DNA from: Candidatus Latescibacterota bacterium
Lineage (GTDB): Bacteria > Latescibacterota > UBA2968 > UBA8231
Assembly: GCA_965197905.1 (NCBI GenBank)
Contig: CBDAOB010000004.1
Coordinates: forward strand, 768,001-832,000
Length of the DNA: 64,000 nt
Direction: 5' to 3'
Shown: positions 40,055 to 48,476 of the stretch, piece by piece
How positions within the stretch are numbered: position 1 is the first letter of the stretch
Layout: each line of letters opens with the position of its first letter
Position numbers and translations under genes: made by a program
The notes under the pieces: model-generated
Seen by the model: the letters and a program-made list of their open reading frames with translations, nothing else
Database searches by the model: none
Told to the model about the DNA's origin: nothing

Positions 40055-40515
40055 GCTAGACTCCTCCTCTTCAGGACGACTAGGATGCACATCAACGCAG
40101 TGAACGAGAGCAGCGAGAGCAATGGGATCGACAGGAAACCGAACAGTTCCAGATAATCCTCCGTGCATGATACCCCCTCACCGCAGGGCTGCATGCTCGC
40201 CGGGATGATCCCCATGAAGAGCAGGTTGTGGTACACAGCCAGCAGCCAACCCGCGGCCGTCAATGGCAGAGCGTATCTGACGACATGCAGGTCGAGTGGA
40301 AAGAGCGCGCGCGCGAGGAGGAGGACTAGAGGGAACAGACAGATCCGCTGATACCAACACAGATCGCACGCGGCGAACTCCAAGACGAAGCTGAAGAATA
40401 GGCTCCCCAGTGTCGACACGGAGGCGACAAGCCAGGCGAGAAAAACGAGGCCCCAGTCCGGATCGAGCCCCAAGATGGCCGGTCGATCGGGGCAAGGTAA
40501 CTCTTGATCGTTCAT
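40051..40515 (-). CDS. Disulfide bond formation protein B (DsbB/BdbC-like)
   Basis: GSLFFS, CDLCWYQRI, second Cys pair C-GVSC, TM segments. Confidence 0.9.
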   Translation of the reverse strand: MNDQELPCPDRPAILGLDPDWGLVFLAWLVASVSTLGSLFFSFVLEFAACDLCWYQRICLFPLVLLLARALFPLDLHVVRYALPLTAAGWLLAVYHNLLFMGIIPASMQPCGEGVSCTEDYLELFGFLSIPLLSLLSFTALMCILVVLKRRSLA

Positions 40516-40552
40516 GGGTGACTGCGGGTTCGTCCTATTGTGGTGCGCTGCT

Positions 40553-40790
40553 TCATGTCGATTGCCTGGCGGCGCCGGGTCGGCCGAACTCCCAGGCGAA
40601 AAGCGTCGCCCGCATCATCTCGAAGCGCACGGTGATCTTCTTTCCGGCGAGCCCCGAGAGATCCGCACTGCCGCGCCAGCTTACGTCGCGCTCGAACTCG
40701 TCGCCTACAAGGGGGTCGCAATCGGCGAAATCGGGCCGAGCGTTCAGCCTCGGCAAAACCGGAATAGATATCGGCGTAATCAAGTAAGGG
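40553..40790 (-). pseudogene. C-terminal fragment of the beta-propeller protein family
   Basis: DCDPLVGD-VSWRGSADLSGLAGK-VRFEM-ATLFA matches C-termini of 8936, 15682 and 59207 proteins; no N-terminal part. Confidence 0.6.
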
Positions 40791-40896
40791 GCGCACAGCA
40801 TTCTCCTCTCTATCAATCGGTTCCGTTCACACCACCAGATCCGATCGCGGATTGTGTACGCCGACGGTTCTTCTAGATGTCTGTTCAGTCGTATGG

Positions 40897-41781
40897 CTAA
40901 GCTGACCGGTGGTCCAGCTCCAGTGGCATACCTGAGGTAATGCCGTGGTCCGATCCGGCGGTCATCGGCCAGGCCTGGCCGCCTTCGAATACGAAGTCTT
41001 CCTGGCCACACAGCCACAGGAACAGACGCGCCACGCGGACGGAGTCGTGCCATTTCTCGGGCATTTGGCGGTCTGTGCCGAATGGGATCTTGGTGAAATC
41101 GCACTGCGGATCGACAACCCAGTCGCGCTGGGGTGGGGTGGTGCGCCGGTAGGTGTATTTGAGGAAATCGCGGACGCCGCTGGCCGTGGCGGTGGTGCTG
41201 CGATGCCAGACAGAGTAGTGGGTGATCAAGATCGAACCGGCTGGCGGCGTGAGCTGCACGGCCTGGCGAATGCTGCCGTACTGCGTCATGTAACGGCGCT
41301 TGATACGCAAAAAGTGGGAGCTGGGCAGGAACTCGGTAGCGCCTATCTCCGCGGGCGTATCCTGCGGGTAATAGAACACCAGCAAGTGGTCCAGTCGCGG
41401 CGAGTCGATAGCCCCGCCGTCGCGGTGCCAGTTACCACCGCCCATGAACATCGGACCCTGGAGGCGGGTGTCGCTCATGTGCATGGGCAGTTTGAAGTCC
41501 TTTCCCAGGAGTGAGCGCACCGCCCCTGCCGCCTGCGGGTTCTTGATGACGTTGTCGGCGAACCACTCCTCATTCAGGATTTCGGTCGGACTTACCACTT
41601 CGCGCTCGCCGCACTGGTCCCGACTGACTTGCAGGTCGGGATAGTTGTCGACGAATTCCGCCGTGCGGCGGTTGATATCATCGGGGACTACGGCTTCGAA
41701 CATCAGGTAGCCGTTCTTGCAGAATTCAATCACCTGCTGATCGGTCAGGGTCGCCTCGCAATCGTATATTTCTCCCAACAT
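40897..41781 (-). CDS. PhyH-family dioxygenase
   Basis: EFCKNGYL, WHRDG, YYPQDTP-GATE-LP-SH, SVWHR. Confidence 0.85.
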   Translation of the reverse strand: MLGEIYDCEATLTDQQVIEFCKNGYLMFEAVVPDDINRRTAEFVDNYPDLQVSRDQCGEREVVSPTEILNEEWFADNVIKNPQAAGAVRSLLGKDFKLPMHMSDTRLQGPMFMGGGNWHRDGGAIDSPRLDHLLVFYYPQDTPAEIGATEFLPSSHFLRIKRRYMTQYGSIRQAVQLTPPAGSILITHYSVWHRSTTATASGVRDFLKYTYRRTTPPQRDWVVDPQCDFTKIPFGTDRQMPEKWHDSVRVARLFLWLCGQEDFVFEGGQAWPMTAGSDHGITSGMPLELDHRSA

Positions 41782-41801
41782 GATCGGTCCTTTCCGTGGA
41801 A

Positions 41802-42164
41802 TTATTTCTCGAGGATAAATTCGCAGCCAAGCCCGTAGGCCTCTTCTTCTCCGGCCACCATCAGCGCCATCTCCGGAAATTTGACGATGCGCCAGCCGTC
41901 GCGCATGGCGTCGAGCACGGTCTCGTAGACCCACGCTCCTGTCTCGTCGACGCTGTCGTGCTGGCCGTCAGCATCAAATCGCGACATGCCGCAGACCCGT
42001 GAGGTAACGATCGTGGTGCCAGCCTGAAGATAGAGTAGTTGGGGCGTTGAAGCCGCGAGTTGGGCATCCGCACTCTCGAGAGCTTGCTGCAGGTCGCTCT
42101 CGCTCAGCTCTCCGGCGCGGAACTTTTCGAGACACTGCTCCAATTGTCGCTTTACCTGCTCCAT
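41802..42164 (-). CDS. Small hypothetical protein immediately upstream of PhyH gene
   Basis: GAGGA RBS, 120 aa, YETVLDAMRDGWRIV...EFILEK. Confidence 0.7.
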   Translation of the reverse strand: MEQVKRQLEQCLEKFRAGELSESDLQQALESADAQLAASTPQLLYLQAGTTIVTSRVCGMSRFDADGQHDSVDETGAWVYETVLDAMRDGWRIVKFPEMALMVAGEEEAYGLGCEFILEK

Positions 42165-42291
42165 GGCAAATCCTCCTCTCTTTCAGAGGTAATACAAGCG
42201 CGAAGTTCGTGGCCGCTTTCGTCACGTGGTGGAAGATGGGCAAATAAACGCCATTGTGGGTAGTTGCGGCAAGGCTCCTGTCGTGTTGATT

Positions 42292-44424
42292 CTACCACCA
42301 GTGCACCCGATGCCCCTCTGTCGGAAACCAGATCAGATCCACCGTAGCCGAAAGGATAACCGCGGCCACATAACCGATGCCCACCCCGTAGAAGAACGGC
42401 TTGCCCGCCACATAGGCCGTCGGCCCGCCGAAGCGCAAAATCACCAGCTTGGCCATGAACACCACCGACAGGGTCAACCAGTAGAGATCGGGACCAAAAG
42501 TTCCCTCGAAAGCGAGGCCCACGGGATGGAGCGGAAACCAGTGGAATCGAGTCCGCAAAAAGGTCAGAACGGCCGCCTCGGTCCAACCGAACAGAAACAC
42601 GGCCAGCTTGCCCCAGTCAAACACGGTGGGATTGTGCAGGATATGAGAGATCTGTTCGTATACCAGGTTTACCCTGTAATGCGAGACGTATTGCATGGCC
42701 CCGCCCTCGGTGTAGACCAGGTCGATCAAGGTCACCGCCGCCACCACAAAACCCACCGGAAAAGCGATGAAGACCGCAGCCGTCACCCACCCGGGTTGCC
42801 GCTTCAGTGAAAACATGCGCAATATGTGGGTGATCGCCGGCCATGCCGGGATGAGAAAGGTGCCGAAGAAGGCCTTGCTGGTAAAAATCTTCATCGCCGT
42901 GAAGTCGCGCGCCGGAATATTGACGGTTCCGACAATCTCCTCCATGAAGCTATCGCCCTTCAAATGCGGCCGATACGGAAGCAGGTAGGCAAAACCCGTG
43001 GCCGCGATCAGCTTGGTCGTCGCCAAGAGGGTCAACACCATCAACACAAACACGCCGGCGGCGACCGGCAGGTTGATGCCCAGGCTCATCGCCCAGACGA
43101 GCACGTAGCACGTGGACAGTATCAGTCCGGTCCAGGCCAGACGATAGCGCCGCACCTCGCGGCGATCGCCCTCCCCGGTCCTGGCCTGGCGCCAGAGCTC
43201 GCGCAGATGTCTACGAGCGATCCAGATCGCCCACATCGCGATGAACATCAGGGCGCCGTAGTTCTCCAGAAAGATGAGGTATCCTCCAGTGATTTGCTGT
43301 CCCGGGGCCCCGACCGAAATTCCGACGCGATTTATGATCGACCCCTTGATGGTCAAATCAAACAGTTTAAAGAATACCAGGCTGCCCAGGATATCGAGCG
43401 GGCACAGATAGGTGACCGCCATTACAATGGGCATGAAACGAACCTTCCAATGGCCGATGAAGGGAATGCTTGGATCGAGGTATCGATACTTCTGCAAAAA
43501 TTCCAGGGGCACCAGACCGGGTGCGAAGTAGGTAAAAATGTTGTAGAGGATAGGCATAAAGGCTGCGAGGGCGCCGATCCAGAACAGACGCGAGCGGAAG
43601 AGATCGGGCATGCGCCGCGGCCCGTCGAACCCGCGCATCAGATCGAGGGGCATCTGCGCCAGCGGAAAGGTGAGCTTCTCGTTTTCCTCCCATTGCTTTT
43701 GAAAGAGGACGATGGTGCAGAATCCGAACGTCAGCATCGCCATCGATACACCCAACCATTGGAAGGTGACACCAACCCAGCCATCCCACGGCACCGCCGC
43801 CCCTTGCTGCAGACCGAACCAGAATCCCTGAACCAGAGAGGTGTCGGTGGGTGCAAAGACGCTCCAGGGGAGGTAATCAAAGAAGGTCTCCGCCCACAGG
43901 TTCTCTGCCGAGGCAAAGTAGGTCGGCGCCGTTAGGATCGGTGCCCAGAAATTGATCCACCCGTTCTGCGGGATAGTGCCAACGACCCACATCATCGCCA
44001 GGATGGTCAACAGCTCGCCCTGGCGCAGCGCCATCCCGGGCCACACACGCTTGAGCACCACGTTCAGAAAAAGCCAGAACACAAACGGAATGATGACCGC
44101 CATGGGAAACTGCGAGTGGACAAAGGTACCGGAACCGATCCGGTGCACTACCTGAGTGAGGTAGTAGAACATGGCGGTGATGGTCAAAAGGCCCAGGACT
44201 ACGGCGCGCAGGGTGATGACAGGCGGTGTGGCGGCGGTTTCTTCGGTGCCCGCACCGGCCGGCGAGGGCAGAGGAGATTCGGCTCTTGTCACTGGAATTT
44301 CAGTCGCGCCCTGTGTGGGGTCCTGGTAGCGGAGATCGACACTCGAGCGGACATGGGACGAGTGGCCCGGTGTCTCATCGGTGATGTGCAGATAGGTGGC
44401 GTCTCCCTTCTCGTGAGGCGCCAC
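42292..44424 (-). CDS. DUF6785/DUF6784-type polytopic membrane protein (putative transporter)
   Basis: ITLRAVVLG, QWEENEKLTFPL, WFPLHPVG, RFGG-Y-KPFF-G motifs; many TM segments; start uncertain. Confidence 0.7.
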   Translation of the reverse strand: MAPHEKGDATYLHITDETPGHSSHVRSSVDLRYQDPTQGATEIPVTRAESPLPSPAGAGTEETAATPPVITLRAVVLGLLTITAMFYYLTQVVHRIGSGTFVHSQFPMAVIIPFVFWLFLNVVLKRVWPGMALRQGELLTILAMMWVVGTIPQNGWINFWAPILTAPTYFASAENLWAETFFDYLPWSVFAPTDTSLVQGFWFGLQQGAAVPWDGWVGVTFQWLGVSMAMLTFGFCTIVLFQKQWEENEKLTFPLAQMPLDLMRGFDGPRRMPDLFRSRLFWIGALAAFMPILYNIFTYFAPGLVPLEFLQKYRYLDPSIPFIGHWKVRFMPIVMAVTYLCPLDILGSLVFFKLFDLTIKGSIINRVGISVGAPGQQITGGYLIFLENYGALMFIAMWAIWIARRHLRELWRQARTGEGDRREVRRYRLAWTGLILSTCYVLVWAMSLGINLPVAAGVFVLMVLTLLATTKLIAATGFAYLLPYRPHLKGDSFMEEIVGTVNIPARDFTAMKIFTSKAFFGTFLIPAWPAITHILRMFSLKRQPGWVTAAVFIAFPVGFVVAAVTLIDLVYTEGGAMQYVSHYRVNLVYEQISHILHNPTVFDWGKLAVFLFGWTEAAVLTFLRTRFHWFPLHPVGLAFEGTFGPDLYWLTLSVVFMAKLVILRFGGPTAYVAGKPFFYGVGIGYVAAVILSATVDLIWFPTEGHRVHWW

Positions 44425-44459
44425 GCCCTGGCGATGGCTGCCAGAAGACTGCTCCCGAA

Positions 44460-45827
44460 CTATTGAAAGCGGAGGAACCCTCTTGCCTTCAGATTGTCAT
44501 AGCCGACAAACGGGTGACTCCACTCGGCCGCGCGGAACAGTCGAATAAAGTTCGTGCCCGAGAGCTCACCCGAGACCGGCGCCGGATGGTACACCGGATC
44601 CCAACGAAGCTCGCATTCGACAGACCAGAAGTCGTCTCCCACATAGGCCGCCGCCGTCGCCTCCGCATCCCAGCTGTAATCCCGGTCTCCCCAGTTTTTC
44701 GAGTCGTTCCAGCCATCCTTTACTAATCCCGCACTGTTGACCGCTATTGAAGCGATCGTTTTTGTGTCCAGGTTGCGATCGAGGCGGAACGTGATCGAAT
44801 CCTGGCGATGGTGCGGAGGGCCATCTTTATATGGACGTACTACCAGGCTTTCCGGATGGGCATCGGCGCAAAACACACCCCAATATAGGGCCCTATCGGA
44901 ATACCCGATCACCACACGGGTTTCAACCAGAGGTGGCAGCGTGGTGCGCGTGGCCCCATGGACAAAGAAGGAATCGATCCTGGCCGCGCCCTCCCAGGCT
45001 TCGTCGACCAACTGTCCGTCAATCGTCGGTGTTGTCTCGAGCTTGGGTACATCGACCAGCAGTCGATGTGTTCTCAATATCTCGATTCCACGCTCGCGCT
45101 CGACGAAATCCAGATAATACGTTCCCTGGTAGTACCTGCCCTGTTTGCTGGCTGGTGCGTAGGCGACTGCCACGGCAAAGAGAGAGTCCGCTTTTGAAAG
45201 GTCGGCTTTGAGGGCCGCCTCTCGCGCCTTCCCTGCCCACTTGGCGACGTACTCCTCGACCAGGTATAGCGCGGCCTCGCGGACCTCTTCGTCTTCCGAC
45301 TTCGCTCGTTCGGCGGCTAGCCGCCGCAAGGTCCGGGTCTGCTCCTCGTCCATCTGGCCCATGAAGTCACTTAGCGCGAGTAGAGCGGGGGCCTGCACCA
45401 GGGGTGAGGGGTCGGCGATGGCCTGCAGAAAAAGGTCAAAGAATTCGGAGCGCAGGTGAGGTCCGACCGTCTCGGCGATGCGTCCACGCACCATCGGGTC
45501 GGGATCCTCAAGCAGATGCTGCTCGATCACCGCTATGGACCGTTCGTCCATGAGTCTCACTGTCAGGCCCGCCAGAATGTGGGCTACTTCGGCACGGACT
45601 TTTGGGTCGCGCTCGCCCGATTCCAGTGCCTCTATAAGGGGCTCGATCGCTTCATCTGCGGCCAGGACGAGTTCGTGCCTGCCCGCGGCTTGCTCCTCGG
45701 GTCCGCCGCCGAGTTTGTCGATACTCTCTTCCATCGGTGACCCGCAAGCGGCAAGATAGAAGGCCGTAGTGAGGATCGAAACTCTTCTCGACGGGAGTGT
45801 TATCTGGAATCGATTCTGGAGTGCCAA
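44460..45827 (-). CDS. Putative lipoprotein with HEAT repeats and CBM9-like domain
   Basis: LAAC lipobox, DPDPMVR/DPSPLV/DEEVR HEAT repeats, PTIDGQL-E-AW CBM9-like start. Confidence 0.65.
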   Translation of the reverse strand: MALQNRFQITLPSRRVSILTTAFYLAACGSPMEESIDKLGGGPEEQAAGRHELVLAADEAIEPLIEALESGERDPKVRAEVAHILAGLTVRLMDERSIAVIEQHLLEDPDPMVRGRIAETVGPHLRSEFFDLFLQAIADPSPLVQAPALLALSDFMGQMDEEQTRTLRRLAAERAKSEDEEVREAALYLVEEYVAKWAGKAREAALKADLSKADSLFAVAVAYAPASKQGRYYQGTYYLDFVERERGIEILRTHRLLVDVPKLETTPTIDGQLVDEAWEGAARIDSFFVHGATRTTLPPLVETRVVIGYSDRALYWGVFCADAHPESLVVRPYKDGPPHHRQDSITFRLDRNLDTKTIASIAVNSAGLVKDGWNDSKNWGDRDYSWDAEATAAAYVGDDFWSVECELRWDPVYHPAPVSGELSGTNFIRLFRAAEWSHPFVGYDNLKARGFLRFQ

Positions 45828-45964
45828 CGGAGCTGCTCCCCTGTTAATCACGTTATCTCGTAGCGATCGAAGAACGGGAGGCGAGAGAACAATTGCCAGC
45901 AATTTCTTGACTCAACCGGAGGCGTGGCCGAGTCCGCACCTTCGCCAGCGAGCCTGCAGCATGA

Positions 45965-46060
45965 ATCGACATCGAAGTATTGCCACCAGACCCGCTCGTT
46001 CCCCGTGGCACGCCATTCGCGGTGCTAGGCGCCGGCCTAACTGTTCCCGTTGCCGGTCAT
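45965..46060 (-). pseudogene. 3' remnant of a paralog of the 60707..61318 gene
   Basis: DDRQREQL...REWRATGNERVWWQYFDVD vs DDHKREQL...RQWRATGDERVWWRFFDVD. Confidence 0.75.
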
Positions 46061-46063
46061 CGC

Positions 46064-46960
46064 TCAGCCGAACGAAGGCGCGACCCAGTCGTGCCCCAAG
46101 CTGCGTTGGAAATCACAGTATTCGCTGAGGATGTCGTCGCGGCTGACAAACCGCTTGTACACTAGACGACCGTTCCACGATCCTTCTGAGTTTGCGGCAG
46201 GATCGTCGGTGTAGAGGAAGAAATCCCACGCCGGGTTGCGGTCGGAGCAATTCTCCACAAATCCTCCTCCGCCCATTCCATGACATACCACCACGCCCTG
46301 CGGGCGTTCGAACATGATAGCAAAGGCCATGTCGCCGCGACGACCGAGAAACATCGGGACGGTGTAGCGAATCGGCGCCAGCGACGTGTAGAGGCCGTGG
46401 TCATGTTGGCCGAACTCCAGGTCGTAAGGATCCTCTTCCCAGGTAACGGCGCAGTCACGGCCTTGGTATGTTGTACAGAACTGAACCCACATCAGCGTGT
46501 CGTAGACATCCCGGCTCAACACGTAGATCGCCTTGTTCTCCGGTTCGTCGATGTAGCTGGCAAAGAAGAAGCCGGCGACACCCGTCGGAAAGGCTGCCGG
46601 TTCGTGCAGGCGATAGCGGAAGCTCCAGTCGAGATGAGCCCGCCCCGCAGTACGGTATGTCATCCAGCTCTCAACGTGATGTGTGGGGGTCGGAGATTGA
46701 TGCAGGGTAACCTGACGCTCAACCTCATCGACAATCAGCTGCGTCGGGTGAGCCCTCGGTTCCGCGGAATCTTCTGCTGACTTCGGCGCGATGAATTCAA
46801 AGTTCATACCGCAGTATCGCGGCACGAACAGCGACCTGGCGTCGTGGACGGATGTCATCCGCCAGATGCCGTTGTAGCCTGCTTCGCTGTGCTCGTGAGA
46901 AGAGTTGTCACCGACGACGAGGGTGAGCTCTTCTGTTGTCAGCTGGTGAAAGGATGCCAT
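46064..46960 (-). CDS. Hypothetical protein (mutarotase-like beta-sandwich possible)
   Basis: GYNGI, G-NFE, FFASYI-P, GGGG, NPAWDF motifs; 3' half duplicated at 61403..61775. Confidence 0.65.
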   Translation of the reverse strand: MASFHQLTTEELTLVVGDNSSHEHSEAGYNGIWRMTSVHDARSLFVPRYCGMNFEFIAPKSAEDSAEPRAHPTQLIVDEVERQVTLHQSPTPTHHVESWMTYRTAGRAHLDWSFRYRLHEPAAFPTGVAGFFFASYIDEPENKAIYVLSRDVYDTLMWVQFCTTYQGRDCAVTWEEDPYDLEFGQHDHGLYTSLAPIRYTVPMFLGRRGDMAFAIMFERPQGVVVCHGMGGGGFVENCSDRNPAWDFFLYTDDPAANSEGSWNGRLVYKRFVSRDDILSEYCDFQRSLGHDWVAPSFG

Positions 46961-47116
46961 TGGATGCGGCGCTTTGCTCGAAGAATTGTGAGCATAAACA
47001 GGGCGTTCGTCGGTCTCGGGGCAAGGTCCGAGATTCTCAGACTCCAGCTTTTCTCCAAGTTTCAATGTGTAACCGCTTCCATTTTTCGCATATTCCGCTT
47101 GCAATCAACTCAACTA

Positions 47117-47173
47117 GTCCGGCAACCGATCTGCCACACGACGATGCACAGAGCTCGAAATCCACATGAGGGA
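47117..47173 (+). repeat. Direct repeat, left copy (57 bp)
   Basis: GTCCGGCAACCGATCTGCCACACGACGATGCACAGAGC...TCGAAATCCACATGAGGGA also at 48350..48418; this copy lacks 12 bp. Confidence 0.85.
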
Positions 47174-47183
47174 CCCGATGTTT

Positions 47184-48350
47184 GGGTGTAGCCTCGTTTT
47201 TACGCTGCCCTTTTCAGGGTTGTTATGGGTGTGGTCTGCTGGAGATACCAGTTCCAGAAAGCATCCCATCGTTTCGATTGCACCTGGACTCGTAGGTTGA
47301 GGATCTGCTGACCTCCGTGGCGGGTCCATCGCATGCCGCTGCGTTTGAGTCGGTGGCCGACGATGGTCTTGGCGGCGGCCTCCACAGGGCCACTGGAGAT
47401 GATGTGATAGCCGCGTATTCCAGTCCCGGTTGTTGCGTTCGGTGGTCGCCTGGCGATAACGGTCCGATCGTCTTCGGAGTTTGCGACGGTGGTAGGAAAA
47501 AGAGCGGATCAAGCCCGCCACGGCGTTGGGTGTATGGCGCAGTTTGTGCCGCCAGGATCGATACCAGCGATCCGCCTTCGCCGACTTTTTGCCGAAAAGG
47601 TGCTCCGCCGCCATCGACAGATGCTGCGCCGCGTGATAGAAGTCCAGAATGCGGGTGAAACCCTCGAACACACCATGCTCGTCGACGATGCGCCAGATCT
47701 CTCGTTTGCCGTCGGCCAAAACGACACGATGGTCGTAGCCATGCAACGCCCGGGCCGTCTGCTCCACCAGGCCGTTGACCAGGGTCGTCATCTTCGCTTC
47801 CGGCATACGCGCGGCATAGCGCACATCGACTCGTTCCGGCTCTTCGACCTCTGGATCCAGCGGCGTCAGGTAGGTGGCGACCATGCCCACACCCGCCTCC
47901 TTCCAGGCGGTGGGCGTGGTGTCGGTGGCCGTGGCCATCGGTCGCTCGGCCGGACGTCCGCGCTTGGGCGCTGGCTCTCGCAGGGGGACGGTGACGCCGT
48001 CCCAGCTCACAACGAGCGTGTCGCCCTCGGCGTCCAGCGGCGCCGCGCCTTGCAAGGCCAGCTCGAGCTGTTCGGCCCCGTCCTCGGCACACTGTCCGAC
48101 GGTGGTCAATACGTGCTGGATAGCCGTACGCGATGGCGGCTCCGGCAGCACTTCACCCAAGCTGTCCTCGACTTCGGCCGGGACCAACCGGGCGCCCAAA
48201 AACGCCGTCACACGCTCCAACTCCGGCACCATGAATCGATTCACCATGCCGCAACGCTCATCCAGCGGCACCCGGCTCGGTCCGCCATGGTCTTCCTGAT
48301 ACAGCCGACGTGGCACTACGACCTTGCCCCACAGACTCATCCACTCCTTG
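47184..48350 (-). mobile_element. Decayed ISKra4/UPF0236-like insertion sequence (5'-truncated, frameshifted transposase)
   Basis: SWDG, ADG-IW, LDFYHA, SG-VEAA-K-RLKRSGMRW motifs split across frames near 47420; terminal GGGTGTAGCC at 47184. Confidence 0.75.
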
Positions 48351-48418
48351 TCCGGCAACCGATCTGCCACACGACGATGCACAGAGCCGGCGGCGAAGCT
48401 CGAAATCCACATGAGGGA
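48350..48418 (+). repeat. Direct repeat, right copy (69 bp)
   Basis: Matches 47117..47173 plus CGGCGGCGAAGC. Confidence 0.85.
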
Positions 48419-48476
48419 TCCTGCGTATTTTCCATCTGGGACCTCCTTCCGGGATGTCCTTAACGACAGAATTGGG

